Source: an uncultured Acidobacteriota bacterium (GTDB taxonomy: Bacteria > Acidobacteriota > Vicinamibacteria > Vicinamibacterales > UBA8438). From it: a DNA stretch of 53,502 nucleotides. Both the position numbers and the translations under genes were made by a program. Positions within the stretch are counted from its first letter, which is position 1. Every line of letters starts with the position of its first letter. The notes below the pieces were generated by a model, which was not told the DNA's origin, made no database searches, and saw only the letters and a program-made list of their open reading frames with translations. The stretch is taken from positions 1 through 53,502 of the forward strand of contig CAJWLU010000024.1 in assembly GCA_913043225.1 (NCBI GenBank). The letters run 5' to 3'. This document shows positions 38,918 through 49,113 of the stretch, in pieces.

Positions 38918-39632
38918 GCGGCGCGTCGACGCGAGAGTCCGCTTGGGGGGCAAGAGGGTCCACGACACCGGCTTCGGCAAAACCGCGCGCCCGGAGTTGA
39001 CAGCTGTCACATTGGGCGCAGGGCTGGCCGTCTGCAGACGGGGCATAGCAGCTGTGGGTCAACGCATAGTCGAGTCCGAGTGCGATCCCTCGTTGAATAA
39101 TCTCCGCCTTCGACAAGGTGATGAGCGGCGCATGGACCCGGAAGCGCGCGCCCTCGACACCGTCTCGGGTGGCAACCGCCGCCAACTGCTCGAACGCAGC
39201 CACGAACTCCGGGCGACAGTCTGGATAGCCTGAATAGTCGAGCGCGTTCACCCCAACCACCAGGTCGGTCGCGCCCAGCGCCTCGGCCCAAGCCAACGCC
39301 AGTGAGAGCAGCACCGTGTTCCGGGCCGGAACATAGGTCGGAGGAATCCCGTCGCGGTCCGGATCCTCGTCGGTCGGGATCGAACCATCACCGGTAAGGG
39401 CAGACCCACCGAACGCGGCCAGATCCACCTCCAACTCGACGTGTTGCTCGACCGACAGAGCTGCCGCGACCCTCCGCGCGGCCTCGATCTCAACCGCATG
39501 GGTCTGTCCATACCGCACCGTCAGCGCCGTCAGCCGGTAGCCCCCGGCGCGCATCAAGGCTGCCGCCGTATAGGAGTCAAGCCCACCGCTCAGCAGAACA
39601 ACCGCCAACGGAGCCAGAGTCGCGCCAGTCAC
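38910..39632 (-). CDS. queC: 7-cyano-7-deazaguanine synthase
   Basis: [39 protein letters not shown] overlap with queE. Confidence 0.96.
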   Translation of the reverse strand: MTGATLAPLAVVLLSGGLDSYTAAALMRAGGYRLTALTVRYGQTHAVEIEAARRVAAALSVEQHVELEVDLAAFGGSALTGDGSIPTDEDPDRDGIPPTYVPARNTVLLSLALAWAEALGATDLVVGVNALDYSGYPDCRPEFVAAFEQLAAVATRDGVEGARFRVHAPLITLSKAEIIQRGIALGLDYALTHSCYAPSADGQPCAQCDSCQLRARGFAEAGVVDPLAPQADSRVDAPHG

Positions 39633-40270
39633 ACGCCCCTCGTCTCGGCGCCCCAGAGATACTTGTGCAGCTGAATCTGGAGTCGTACCGGCAGCCGATC
39701 GGCCAGGATCCACTCGGCGAGCCTGGTCGGGGACAGGCGGTTGTGGACGGGCGCGAACAGGACCGCGCCAAGCTGCTGACCCGGTGTCCGTGCGGCTACG
39801 ACATCCCGAGCGAACTCGTAATCAGCGCGATCGGCGATGACAAACTTCACCTGATCATGGCGGGTGAGCCGAGACAGGTTCTCCAGAGCGTTACGCCCAG
39901 CTTCCCCACTGCCCGGGCATTTCACGTCGACGATCTTCATCACATCGGCGGGCACCCGGTCGATGGGCAGATGACCACCGGTTTCGAGCATCACGTGAAA
40001 GCCGTCGGTCAGTAGCCGGTCCATCAGCGGATACACGCCGTCCTGCAGCAACGGCTCGCCGCCCGTGATCTCGACCAGGTTGCAGCCATAGGCCGCGACG
40101 GCAGCCATGACCTCTTCCACGCTCATACGCCGGCCCTCATGGAACGCATACGGCGTGTCACACCAGACACACCGCAGGTCACAGCCGGTCAGTCGTACGA
40201 ACACACAGGGACGGCCAGCCTGATCCGATTCGCCTTGAATGGAGTGAAAGATCTCGTTGATCGTCAACAT
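39629..40270 (-). CDS. queE: 7-carboxy-7-deazaguanine synthase (radical SAM)
   Basis: [32 protein letters not shown]. Confidence 0.95.
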   Translation of the reverse strand: MLTINEIFHSIQGESDQAGRPCVFVRLTGCDLRCVWCDTPYAFHEGRRMSVEEVMAAVAAYGCNLVEITGGEPLLQDGVYPLMDRLLTDGFHVMLETGGHLPIDRVPADVMKIVDVKCPGSGEAGRNALENLSRLTRHDQVKFVIADRADYEFARDVVAARTPGQQLGAVLFAPVHNRLSPTRLAEWILADRLPVRLQIQLHKYLWGAETRGV

Positions 40271-40383
40271 GGCTCACACGGCCCCTGGACCGATGCCGCC
40301 TTCATTCTACCCATCCACTCTCTGAGCCGCGTCGGACCAGGCCACGTCCCGGCAGACGAGCCACTCGCGAGTAGAATCTCGGC

Positions 40384-40476
40384 ATCGAGGTGCGCATCGG
40401 TACGTCAGGGTGGAACTACCCATCCGGGGCCGGCACCTGGGACGGCATCGTCTCGAGTCTGCTTCCCCCGCGGTAG
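40384..40476 (+). pseudogene. 5' stub of a DUF72 family gene
   Basis: Hand translation IEVRIGTSGWNYPSGAGTWDGIV then stop at 40474; RIGTSGWxY is the DUF72 N-terminal pattern; TAGAAT at 40372-40377. Confidence 0.6.
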
Positions 40477-40488
40477 TGATCCGCTCGG

Positions 40489-41214
40489 CTACTTGCCGAC
40501 TTTCTCCACGCCGAGTCGCGGGCAGGCGGGGGCGACGATGCAGTGGTTGCAACGAGGATAGAGCGGCCGGCACACGTTCTGTCCCCAGGTGACCAGATAG
40601 CTGTTGAGAAGCGGCCACCAGCGGCGCGCGGCCACCTCGTATAGGGCATACTCGGTCTCTTCCGGCGTGGAGGTCTCGACCCAGCCGAGTCGATTCGAGA
40701 TCCGATGCACGTGGGTGTCGACGCAGATGTTGTCTGGGCTCTTCAGCGCGACGATCAACGTGAGGTTCGCGGTCTTGCGACCGACCCCAGGGAGCGCCGT
40801 CAGAGCCTCCATCGTCACCGGCACCCGCCCACGGTACCGCTTGAGGAGCTGCCGGCACATCGCCTTTACGTGACGCGCCTTGTTGCGGTAGAAGCTGACC
40901 GGGTAGATGAGCTTCTCGATCGTGCTCACGCGAAGGTTGGCCATTTCGGCCGGCGTCGCCGCGCGCGCGAACAGGCGATTCGACGCCTCGAGGGTGACCG
41001 GATCTCTGGTCCGGGCCGAGAGCAGGGTGGCGATCAGAACCTTGAACGGATCCGACTGCTCCTCCTCGGCTAGCTTCTCGACGGCCGGCTCCTCCAGGGG
41101 CGGAAGCGCTTGACCCAGGTGGGTCATCACCCGGTCAAGACGGCGCCGACGAACGGCCAGTGACTCGGACCGCCCGGCCTTCTTCGCACCGGCTGGCTCG
41201 CCGCGCTTGGCCAC
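40489..41214 (-). CDS. nth: Endonuclease III
   Basis: LIATLLSA, HhH LPGVGRKTAN, VDTHVHR, C-x6-C-x2-C-x5-C. Confidence 0.93.
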   Translation of the reverse strand: MAKRGEPAGAKKAGRSESLAVRRRRLDRVMTHLGQALPPLEEPAVEKLAEEEQSDPFKVLIATLLSARTRDPVTLEASNRLFARAATPAEMANLRVSTIEKLIYPVSFYRNKARHVKAMCRQLLKRYRGRVPVTMEALTALPGVGRKTANLTLIVALKSPDNICVDTHVHRISNRLGWVETSTPEETEYALYEVAARRWWPLLNSYLVTWGQNVCRPLYPRCNHCIVAPACPRLGVEKVGK

Positions 41215-41223
41215 AAGGTGTAC

Positions 41224-42177
41224 CTACGTAACCGGCGTCAACGGAGGGCGACCGGTCAGCACCTCCACCACATTCCGTGCCGCAAGCTCGGCCATGGCGG
41301 TGCGGGTCTCCCGCGTCGCACTCCCCAAATGAGGCGTCAGACAGACGTTCTCGCGGTCCAGAAAGCCCGGATGCACCCGGGGCTCACCTTCGTACACATC
41401 GAGTCCGGCCCCGGCGATAAGCCGTTCCTCGAGCGCCCAGGCAAGCGCCTCGTCATCGACAACTCCTCCCCTGGAGGTGTTAATCAGAATGGCCGATCGC
41501 TTCATCCGTAGAAGCGTTCGCCGACCAATCAGATGCCGGGTGTCCTCGGTTAGCGGCACATGCAGTGATACGACATCGGAGGTACGAAGCAGCTCATCGA
41601 GCGAGAGCACCCGCTGCCCTTTGGCTGCCGTGCCGCTGCGGTTCGCGAAGACCGCCTCCATCCCAAACGCAGGCGCCACCGCAGCTACAGCCTGACCGAT
41701 GCGACCTGCGCCCACCACGCCCAGCTGCTTGCCTCGCAGCTCACCGCCGAGGAGGAAGTCGAACGTCCAGCCGTGCCAATCGTCTCTGCGGATGATCCGG
41801 TCGCCTTCACCGACCCTGCGGGTCACCGCCAGGATCAGGGCCCAGGTGAGCTCGGCGGTGGCTCCAGTCAAGATATTCGGCGTGTTGGTGACGACGATGC
41901 CCCGCTCGGTGGCCGCGACCACGTCGATGTTGTCGTAACCGACCGCGACCGTGCTGATGACCTTCAGCGCATCGCCGACAGCAAGCGTCCCCGCGTCGAT
42001 CGGATCGTTGAACATGCACAGCAGCCCCTGCTTCCCAGGCAGGCGTTCGCAAAGTGCCGCCGGGGTGAGCTCGTCGGTCGAGCCATGCACATCGACCTCG
42101 CAGGCGTTGCGGAGAATGCCGAGCACCGACGACGGCAACCGTCGGGTCACGAGCACGGAAGGAGTGGCAGAGGCCAT
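41224..42177 (-). CDS. D-2-hydroxyacid dehydrogenase (glyoxylate/hydroxypyruvate reductase-like)
   Basis: VGYDNID, GAGRIG, NTSRG, GLDVYEGEP, TPHLGSAT. Confidence 0.92.
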   Translation of the reverse strand: MASATPSVLVTRRLPSSVLGILRNACEVDVHGSTDELTPAALCERLPGKQGLLCMFNDPIDAGTLAVGDALKVISTVAVGYDNIDVVAATERGIVVTNTPNILTGATAELTWALILAVTRRVGEGDRIIRRDDWHGWTFDFLLGGELRGKQLGVVGAGRIGQAVAAVAPAFGMEAVFANRSGTAAKGQRVLSLDELLRTSDVVSLHVPLTEDTRHLIGRRTLLRMKRSAILINTSRGGVVDDEALAWALEERLIAGAGLDVYEGEPRVHPGFLDRENVCLTPHLGSATRETRTAMAELAARNVVEVLTGRPPLTPVT

Positions 42178-42198
42178 GTCCTTGGAAGGCGGGCGTGG

Positions 42199-42471
42199 CT
42201 AGCGGATGGGCTCGCCGGCATCGACGATCCCAATCAGGGCGGCATCCACGGGCGCCCCCCGACGACCCAGCGCCGACCCAGCCGCACGACCTTCGAGGAC
42301 GAGCAGGACCGTTTCTCCGACGCCAGCTCCCACCGCGTCCACGGCCAGCTGCGTACCGCCTACCGACCGACCGTCAGCGTCGATCGGCTGCGCCAGCAGC
42401 AGCTTCGCGCCATCGAGCGACCGGTTCTTACGAGTCGCGACCACCGAGCCAATGACACGAGCCAGCCGCAT
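42199..42471 (-). CDS. BMC vertex pentamer (EutN/CcmL family)
   Basis: MRLARVIGSVVATRK..AVDAVGAGVGE..VDAALIGIVD. Confidence 0.93.
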   Translation of the reverse strand: MRLARVIGSVVATRKNRSLDGAKLLLAQPIDADGRSVGGTQLAVDAVGAGVGETVLLVLEGRAAGSALGRRGAPVDAALIGIVDAGEPIR

Positions 42472-42475
42472 GCAG

Positions 42476-42805
42476 CTATCGCTTCCGGGCGCGTCGCGGG
42501 CGACGCGCCGATCGGATGGCAGGCGCTGTGGACTGAAGCGACTCGCTCTGCCAGTGATCGCAGATCCCAGTCACGGCGGCATCGGTGGGCACCACTTCGG
42601 GACGGAACGGAAGAGCGGCTTCGCGACCACGCACGAAGAACACCTCCTCCCCCATCCCGGCGCCAACCGAGTCGACGGCAACGAGCTCCGACCCGAGGGG
42701 CTGACGGGCGGGATCCATCGGCTGGAGCACCAGTAGCGACCGACCACGGAGCCGTGGGTCCTTAGCGGTTGAGACCACGGTGCCAACGACGCGAGCAAGC
42801 TGCAT
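42476..42805 (-). CDS. BMC vertex pentamer (EutN/CcmL family) with basic tail
   Basis: MQLARVVGTVVSTAK..AVDSVGAGMGE..DAAVTGICD; tail RSARRPRRARKR. Confidence 0.9.
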   Translation of the reverse strand: MQLARVVGTVVSTAKDPRLRGRSLLVLQPMDPARQPLGSELVAVDSVGAGMGEEVFFVRGREAALPFRPEVVPTDAAVTGICDHWQSESLQSTAPAIRSARRPRRARKR

Positions 42806-42821
42806 GGGAAGAAAACCGGTG

Positions 42822-43100
42822 TCAGTCCGCCGAGGACAGCATGTCGACCGTATCGACGATCCCGACGATGGCCGCGTCCACCGGCCGATCGGTAAGACCG
42901 GCGGCCATCCGGGCGGAACTACCGCTGACCACGAGGACCGTCTCAGCCGCCCCGGCGTCAACGGTGTCAACGGCGACGATCGGACCACCCCTCGGCTCAC
43001 CCCCAGGCGAAACCGGCTGCACCAGAAGCAACTTGCTCCCGACCAGCCGTTCGTCTTTTCGAGTGGCCACGACGGTACCGACCACGTGAGCGAGGATCAT
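42822..43100 (-). CDS. BMC vertex pentamer (EutN/CcmL family)
   Basis: MILAHVVGTVVATRK..AVDTVDAG..GSSAR..VDAAIVGIVD. Confidence 0.93.
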   Translation of the reverse strand: MILAHVVGTVVATRKDERLVGSKLLLVQPVSPGGEPRGGPIVAVDTVDAGAAETVLVVSGSSARMAAGLTDRPVDAAIVGIVDTVDMLSSAD

Positions 43101-43133
43101 CTCGGCGAGCCCCCGAGGGCGAAGGTGTAGGCG

Positions 43134-43418
43134 CTACTTGCCGCTTTTTCCGATCGGCAGCGCGTCTTCGAGATTGGCGTGCGGCCGCGGAATGACGTGT
43201 ACCGAGACAAGTTCACCCACCCGTCGAGCGGCGGCGGCCCCGGCGTCGGTTGCGGCCTTCACCGCGGCAACATCGCCTCGGACGATCGTGGTAACGAAGC
43301 CGGCGCCGATCTTCTCCCACCCGACCAGGGTCACCTTGGCCGCCTTGACCATGGCGTCAGACGCCTCAATCATCGCGACCAATCCCTTGGTCTCAACCAT
43401 TCCCAGCGCCTCGCCCAT
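43134..43418 (-). CDS. BMC hexamer shell protein (EutM/PduA-like)
   Basis: [33 protein letters not shown]. Confidence 0.96.
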   Translation of the reverse strand: MGEALGMVETKGLVAMIEASDAMVKAAKVTLVGWEKIGAGFVTTIVRGDVAAVKAATDAGAAAARRVGELVSVHVIPRPHANLEDALPIGKSGK

Positions 43419-43463
43419 AGTCTTGCCTCCCAGCCCACCGCACCCCACGAGGCGTGGCGGACG

Positions 43464-44309
43464 TTATCGCAACTGCTTCACGGCATCGGCTATAAGCACC
43501 GTGAGCTCGCGGTATGTTAGCCGAATCTGTTCGTCGTCTCCTAGCCCGGCTCCAGAGGGAGCGACTAGCTGCGTGCCCGGTACCGAGGGCGCGTCGAGCG
43601 TCTGACAGTCACTGTCCGACGCATCCGGCTCCGGAGGGCAGATGGGCGCCGGCGCGGTGATCCCGTAGCGGTCCCGAAGGCCCTGGAGCCGGCTGACCTC
43701 CTCCCGCGAGAGCAACCTTTCCCCTCCGAGTTGCCGGGCCACGAGACTGATCTTCGCGAAGTGCTCGATAGTCTCCATCTTGTAGTAAGCCGGAAATAGC
43801 GCGTCGGCCACGGTCAAGGCGCCGTGATTCGCCAGCAACAGGCCATCGTGGGCCCGAATGTGCTCCCGCACCGCGTCGGCTAGCTCGTTGGTGGACGGCG
43901 TACCATAGTCGGCGATCGGGATACTCCCCAAGGTCGTCACGACTTCGGCCAGTACTGCCTTGTCGAGCGGCACACCGGCCGCGGCAAAGCCGGTCGAGGT
44001 AGGCGGATGCGCATGGACCACTGCCACGATCTCCGGCCGGTTCTCGTAGACGGCCAGATGCATGAGGATCTCCGAGGACGGATTCCGGTCGCCGGCGAGC
44101 TTCTGGCCGGACATGTCGGTGGTCACCATCATGTCTGGGGTCATGAACCCCTTGGAGACCCCAGTCGGTGTCGTCAGGAGCCGCTCGCCTTCGAGCCGGA
44201 CGCTGATGTTCCCGTCGTTGGACGCGACGTAGCCTCGCTCGTGCAAACGACGGCCGATCTCCACGATGTCGGCGCGGAGTCGTTCCTCGTGCTGCATCCC
44301 TGTGGTCAT
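43464..44309 (-). CDS. Class II aldolase/adducin family protein with putative encapsulation peptide
   Basis: DGNIS, TPTG.SKG, SSE, HAH, NHG metal ligands; Pro-rich linker then amphipathic helix YRELTVLIADAVKQLR. Confidence 0.9.
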   Translation of the reverse strand: MTTGMQHEERLRADIVEIGRRLHERGYVASNDGNISVRLEGERLLTTPTGVSKGFMTPDMMVTTDMSGQKLAGDRNPSSEILMHLAVYENRPEIVAVVHAHPPTSTGFAAAGVPLDKAVLAEVVTTLGSIPIADYGTPSTNELADAVREHIRAHDGLLLANHGALTVADALFPAYYKMETIEHFAKISLVARQLGGERLLSREEVSRLQGLRDRYGITAPAPICPPEPDASDSDCQTLDAPSVPGTQLVAPSGAGLGDDEQIRLTYRELTVLIADAVKQLR

Positions 44310-44318
44310 GGCATCGAG

Positions 44319-44585
44319 CTAGGCGCTTGAAACGTCATCTTCCAGGAACGCCTTCCGGCAGTCATCCGAGCAGAAGAAGTGCACGGCGCCCTTCCGTCTG
44401 GCGGTCACCGCACATCCCTGGTCCACATAGGTGCCGCACACTGGATCCTGCACCAGCGACGCCCCGCGTACCGGCCCTGACACCGGCTGCCGAGTCGCGC
44501 CTTGAGCCAACCCAGACACGAACTTCCAGGCCAGCCGCAACAGCAGCATCACGACGACAAACCGGATGAGCCAGCCAAATACCAT
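44319..44585 (-). CDS. Membrane-anchored YHS/TRASH domain protein
   Basis: N-terminal TM; DPVCGTYV..FFCSDDC..F. Confidence 0.85.
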   Translation of the reverse strand: MVFGWLIRFVVVMLLLRLAWKFVSGLAQGATRQPVSGPVRGASLVQDPVCGTYVDQGCAVTARRKGAVHFFCSDDCRKAFLEDDVSSA

Positions 44586-44617
44586 CGACGGTTGTCGACA
44601 CGACCCGCCGTCGCGGA

Positions 44618-45214
44618 TCAGTGCGCAGCGCTAAGCCGAGCGACCGCGTCGGCGGCCGCGAGCGCCTCTGCGCTGCCCGGCGCGACACGCTGAACCTCTT
44701 CCCACGCCTCGAATGCGCCCTCCAGATCCTGGGCGCCGAACGCACGCACGAAACCGATATTGAGAATCGTCTTGGCGTGCGTAGGGTCGGTCTCGAGCGA
44801 GCTCGCGAACTGGGCCAGCGCCCGTGGGGTGTCGTCGATGTAGAAGAACGCCACCCCGAGATCAGTACTCACGTCGATCAGGGTCGGATCGAGGATCAGC
44901 GCCTCCTCGAACCAGGGAATCGCCTCTTCGAACAGGTGTGAGTCGAAGTACAAGTTGCCCACATCCACGCGCGCCTGCACGTCACCCGGCATCGCTTCGG
45001 CCGCTGCCCGCAACTCGGCTGCACGGGTTTCATCAAGGGGCGGCGCCTCGGGGGCTGGCGGCACGTCGCTCGCCGGCGGGGGCGCTGGTCTCGCCGCCGA
45101 GGCGGTAACTGCCGGCTCGGGCGGCATTGGACGCTGCGTCCAGACGACGTAGCCCATCAGGCCGATGCCCAGCAGCAAAGAGACGATGAGGGAAAGTCGG
45201 TCAGAACGGTGCAT
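44618..45214 (-). CDS. Membrane-anchored TPR protein
   Basis: N-terminal TM, Pro-rich linker, about 3 TPRs. Confidence 0.8.
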   Translation of the reverse strand: MHRSDRLSLIVSLLLGIGLMGYVVWTQRPMPPEPAVTASAARPAPPPASDVPPAPEAPPLDETRAAELRAAAEAMPGDVQARVDVGNLYFDSHLFEEAIPWFEEALILDPTLIDVSTDLGVAFFYIDDTPRALAQFASSLETDPTHAKTILNIGFVRAFGAQDLEGAFEAWEEVQRVAPGSAEALAAADAVARLSAAH

Positions 45215-45298
45215 GGCGGCTCTCGTCAGTTCAAGGATCGATCATACCCGGAAGAGAAGGGTCTAGCTCACCGCCGACCGTGCCTTCTGGCGGGTCCG

Positions 45299-46018
45299 CT
45301 AGCCTCGGGGATCCGCGATCAGACTGCGCATCTCCCGTACGGCCCGGTCCAGGCCGACCAGCACGGCGCGCGAGACGATGCTGTGGCCAATGTTCAGCTC
45401 GACTATCTCCGGCACCGCAGCCACAGGTCCAACGTTGACGTAGGTCAAACCGTGCCCGCCCAGCACCTCAAGACCTGCCGCCTGGGCATACCTCGCGGCG
45501 GCTTGTATCTGGGCAAGCTCTTCCCCCCGAGCCTCAGGCGCCGCGTCAGCATAGGGACCCGTGTTGATCTCGACCGCGCTGGCGCCGGTGGTTACCGCCT
45601 GGTCGATCTGCTTGAGTGTGGTGTCGATAAACAGGCTCACGGTGATACTTGCGGCCTGCAGGCGCCTGACGACGTCGGCGATCAGGTCGCGGTGCTGGAC
45701 AACATCCAGGCCGCCAGTGGTGGTCACCTCGCCCGGCAACTCCGGTACTAGGGTCACTTGGTGCGGCTTGATCTCGGTGGCGATCGCCACCATCTCGTCG
45801 GTTGCCGCCATCTCGACATTGAGGCGCGTGGCCACGGTCTCGCGAAGCAGCCGAAGGTCCCTATCCTGCATATGGCGGCGATCGCCGCGCAGGTGCACGG
45901 TGATACCGTCCGCCCCGGCCAGCTCGGCCAGCGCCGCGGCGGTGACCGGCTCCGGCTCGGTCGTCTGCCGCGCCTGGCGAATCGTCGCCACGTGATCGAT
46001 GTTCACACCCAGCCGCAT
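45299..46018 (-). CDS. pdxJ: Pyridoxine 5'-phosphate synthase
   Basis: [35 protein letters not shown]. Confidence 0.97.
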   Translation of the reverse strand: MRLGVNIDHVATIRQARQTTEPEPVTAAALAELAGADGITVHLRGDRRHMQDRDLRLLRETVATRLNVEMAATDEMVAIATEIKPHQVTLVPELPGEVTTTGGLDVVQHRDLIADVVRRLQAASITVSLFIDTTLKQIDQAVTTGASAVEINTGPYADAAPEARGEELAQIQAAARYAQAAGLEVLGGHGLTYVNVGPVAAVPEIVELNIGHSIVSRAVLVGLDRAVREMRSLIADPRG

Positions 46019-46028
46019 CCGTCCCTCG

Positions 46029-47393
46029 TTAGCCGGCGCCCAATTCTGCGACCGCCCTACTGGCGATACCCTCCGCCAGCCGCTCGATCGTGGCCTGCTC
46101 GGCGCCTTCGACCATCACCCGAAGTAACGCCTCGGTGCCCGAATAGCGAACTAGCACACGGCCTGTGCCCCGCAGCTCTCCCTCCGCGGCGGCAATGGCA
46201 CGTGACACACCCGGAAGCTCCTCGAGCGGCACCCGGCGGCCGACCGGCGCGTTGACGAGCACCTGAGGCAAGGGCACCAGGTCGGCTGCCAGGTCGGCGA
46301 GCTCGCGCCCGCTCTCCACAACGGCAGTCACGATCATGAGCGCCGTGGCCAGCCCGTCGCCGGTCGGCAGAAGACCGGATTGAATGATGTGGCCGGATTG
46401 CTCCCCTCCGAGTGCGACCCCGCGCCGCTGCATCTCGATCCAGACCGATCGATCACCAACCGGACATCGGTGGACCGTAACCCCGTCAGCCGCGAGCGCG
46501 CGCTCCAGGCCCAGGTTGCTCATCACGGTGGCCACGATCGCGTTTCCAGGCAGCTGGCCGGACCGGGCGAGACGCCGGGCCGCAATCAACAACACCGCAT
46601 CGCCGTTGATCACAGTCCCTTGGTGATCGACGAACAAGACACGGTCGCCGTCACCGTCGAACGCCGCACCCAGGCGGCATCCGTGCTCACGTACGGTCCG
46701 TGACAGGGCATCGGGATGGGTGGAACCGCAGTTGAGGTTGATGTTCCGGCCATCCGGCCGGTCATGGATGACGATCGGCTCGAACCCGAGCCGCCGCCAG
46801 ACAGCTGGTGCCACCGTGCTGGTCGCACCGTTGGCACAGTCGAACGCGAGCGACAGCGGAGCGGCGGCGCTCAAAGCGGCGAACGCCTCCGTTAACTGTG
46901 TCGCATAACCATCCGACACGTCGACGGGGGCAACCACCGGTGTGGCATCGTCCCTGACCTGCCAGCCCAGATCGGCGACCCTTACGCTGATTCGGCTCTC
47001 GAGCGCATCGTCCGCCTTCTCCCCGGTACCGGCGATCACCTTAACGCCGTTATCCTGGTACGGGTTGTGCGACGCCGAGATGACGATGCCGGCGTGGTAG
47101 TCACCATCACGGGTTGAACCGGCGACGGCCGGAGTCGGCAGCACGCCGCCGTCGAACGCCTCGACACCCGCGTGGCTGAACCCTCGTCCAAGCTGCTCTA
47201 TGATCCACGGCCCAGATTCTCGAGTGTCGCGGCCGATCAGGACCCGAGTGGGGCGACGACCGTCTTCCACCGCCCAGGCAACCGCCGCGCCAAAGCGCTG
47301 CAATGTCTGACCATCGAGAGGCTCGACGCCAGGTATCCCCCGGACACCGTCGGTGCCGAATAGAGACATGACTTTCAGGAAAGACCGCCTCAC
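46029..47393 (-). CDS. glmM: Phosphoglucosamine mutase
   Basis: [33 protein letters not shown]; alternative start ATG 47369. Confidence 0.96.
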   Translation of the reverse strand: MRRSFLKVMSLFGTDGVRGIPGVEPLDGQTLQRFGAAVAWAVEDGRRPTRVLIGRDTRESGPWIIEQLGRGFSHAGVEAFDGGVLPTPAVAGSTRDGDYHAGIVISASHNPYQDNGVKVIAGTGEKADDALESRISVRVADLGWQVRDDATPVVAPVDVSDGYATQLTEAFAALSAAAPLSLAFDCANGATSTVAPAVWRRLGFEPIVIHDRPDGRNINLNCGSTHPDALSRTVREHGCRLGAAFDGDGDRVLFVDHQGTVINGDAVLLIAARRLARSGQLPGNAIVATVMSNLGLERALAADGVTVHRCPVGDRSVWIEMQRRGVALGGEQSGHIIQSGLLPTGDGLATALMIVTAVVESGRELADLAADLVPLPQVLVNAPVGRRVPLEELPGVSRAIAAAEGELRGTGRVLVRYSGTEALLRVMVEGAEQATIERLAEGIASRAVAELGAG

Positions 47394-48322
47394 CGGAGCG
47401 AAACTGAGACGAAATCCGGCTGCACGTCAGTGATCTCGAATGCCCGCTGGGGCTCGACGTTGACCGACAGATTGTAGCGACCGGCCTCAAGACCGGCAAG
47501 GTCGATCGATGCCTCTACCAGACCGGCGTCGCGTCCACGCATCAGCTCGAGGGCTCCGCGGATCGACACGCTCACCCTGTCCGGAATCATCGAGACCGTC
47601 AGGCCGGGTCCGAGATTCTCGGACGACACCGGGACGTCAGACAGCGTGCGGGCCACCGGAGCGCGGACGATGTCCACCGACACCACGGCTGTGACCGGCG
47701 TCTCGAGCCGCAGGTTCGGCTCCGCCACTCCGACGGTGACCGACTGCTCGATCGGGACTGAGGCGTCCGTCACATCGACGGTCTCGGTGACCGCATCGGT
47801 CAGCTCGCGTAGACGGCTCAAAGGGCCCACGACCTCTACGGTAGCCGGCTCCACCGTGACCTGCCCCACCATGAAACCGTCCGCCGGCATGCCGGATACC
47901 AGTGGGACGATCGGCACCAGCCGTGGTGCACCCTCCGCCTCGAGCAGTAACGACACCGAGGAGGGAATGACCTGGGTCACCTCGACCCCCAGCGGCACAC
48001 GAACCCGACCGTCGGTCATGTTGAACAACCGCTGCCCAGGTCGTTCCGACCCCAGGTCGATGATGGCGGCGACGTCGCCGGCCTCGAGGCGCCGCAAGAC
48101 GCCAGAGCTGCCGCGGAGCCGAACCTCCACCGTATCGGGCGAATCGCCGAGCACCTCGATCGAGTTCGGGCGATTCTCCAACTCCAGGGGCACGTGGAGC
48201 CCGCGCTCAACTGTCGGGTCACCGGCCACCGCCAGCCTCAGCAGCACGGCAAGAACCACGGCAAACAGCTTGAGCCAGATATCGTTAAAGAACGGCAGGC
48301 TAAGCGTCTGCGGCGCCATCAC
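47390..48322 (-). CDS. cdaR: CdaR / YbbR-repeat protein
   Basis: N-terminal TM and three YbbR-like repeats (P..V.V...G); located between cdaA and glmM. Confidence 0.85.
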   Translation of the reverse strand: MMAPQTLSLPFFNDIWLKLFAVVLAVLLRLAVAGDPTVERGLHVPLELENRPNSIEVLGDSPDTVEVRLRGSSGVLRRLEAGDVAAIIDLGSERPGQRLFNMTDGRVRVPLGVEVTQVIPSSVSLLLEAEGAPRLVPIVPLVSGMPADGFMVGQVTVEPATVEVVGPLSRLRELTDAVTETVDVTDASVPIEQSVTVGVAEPNLRLETPVTAVVSVDIVRAPVARTLSDVPVSSENLGPGLTVSMIPDRVSVSIRGALELMRGRDAGLVEASIDLAGLEAGRYNLSVNVEPQRAFEITDVQPDFVSVSLR

Positions 48323-49113
48323 TTAGCCCCCGTCGACCCGGGGTGTAACACCAGCGCCTCGAGACGGTATCTGATCTGCTCTGATTCGAGGTTCTGCTCG
48401 ATCTCCCCGTCGACCACCAGCGATAGGTACCCAGTTTCCTCCGATACCACGAGGGCGACCGCATCGGTCTCCTCAGTCAACCCGATCGCGGCGCGGTGAC
48501 GCGTGCCGAGGTCCTTGCTTACCCGGGGGTTCACGGTCAGGGGCAGGAAACAGGCAGCGGCCGCCACCCGGTCTTGCTGAATGAGCACCGCCCCGTCGTG
48601 CAGCGGTGATCCGGGCCGGAAGACACTCACCAGGAGGTCATAGCTGACTTCCGCGTCGAGCGGAATGCCACTCTCGACGTAGTTACGCAGGCCGATCTCA
48701 CGCTCGACGACAACGAGCGCGCCTACCCGCTGTTCGGCCAGCATCCGGAGCGCGACAGCCACCTCTTCCACGGTCTCGCCGGTGGCCTCCGGCCGCCTGA
48801 GGTAGCGGAAGAACGAGGCCCGGCCGAAGTGAGCCAGCGCCCGGCGAATGTCGGCCTGAAACAGCACGATTGCGGCGAACACGACATAGCCGAACATGTC
48901 GCGTACGAGCCAGTTCAGCGTCTGGAGCGGCGTGAACTGTGACGCGTAATACAGGAGGATGATGAGCCCACCGCCGATCATAATCTGCACCGCGTGCGTC
49001 CGGCGCACCAGCTTCAGGAGCTCGTAGATCAGCACAGAGACGATCACGATATCAATCACGCCCCACCAGCCGACCTGGTCGAACCGCACGAGCCCGCTGA
49101 GCGTCTCGGTCAC
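48319..49113 (-). CDS. cdaA: Diadenylate cyclase
   Basis: 3 TM, PLHDGAV, GTRHRAA, VSEETG; GTGA overlap with folP. Confidence 0.95.
   Translation of the reverse strand: MTETLSGLVRFDQVGWWGVIDIVIVSVLIYELLKLVRRTHAVQIMIGGGLIILLYYASQFTPLQTLNWLVRDMFGYVVFAAIVLFQADIRRALAHFGRASFFRYLRRPEATGETVEEVAVALRMLAEQRVGALVVVEREIGLRNYVESGIPLDAEVSYDLLVSVFRPGSPLHDGAVLIQQDRVAAAACFLPLTVNPRVSKDLGTRHRAAIGLTEETDAVALVVSEETGYLSLVVDGEIEQNLESEQIRYRLEALVLHPGSTGAK

Noticed and set aside
38910..40270. queCE as a DNA deazaguanine modification (dpd) defence island
   Set aside because: No dpdA/tgt paralog or other dpd genes; context is housekeeping
40271..40310. preQ1 riboswitch upstream of queE
   Set aside because: Short leader with no preQ1 stem or A-rich tail
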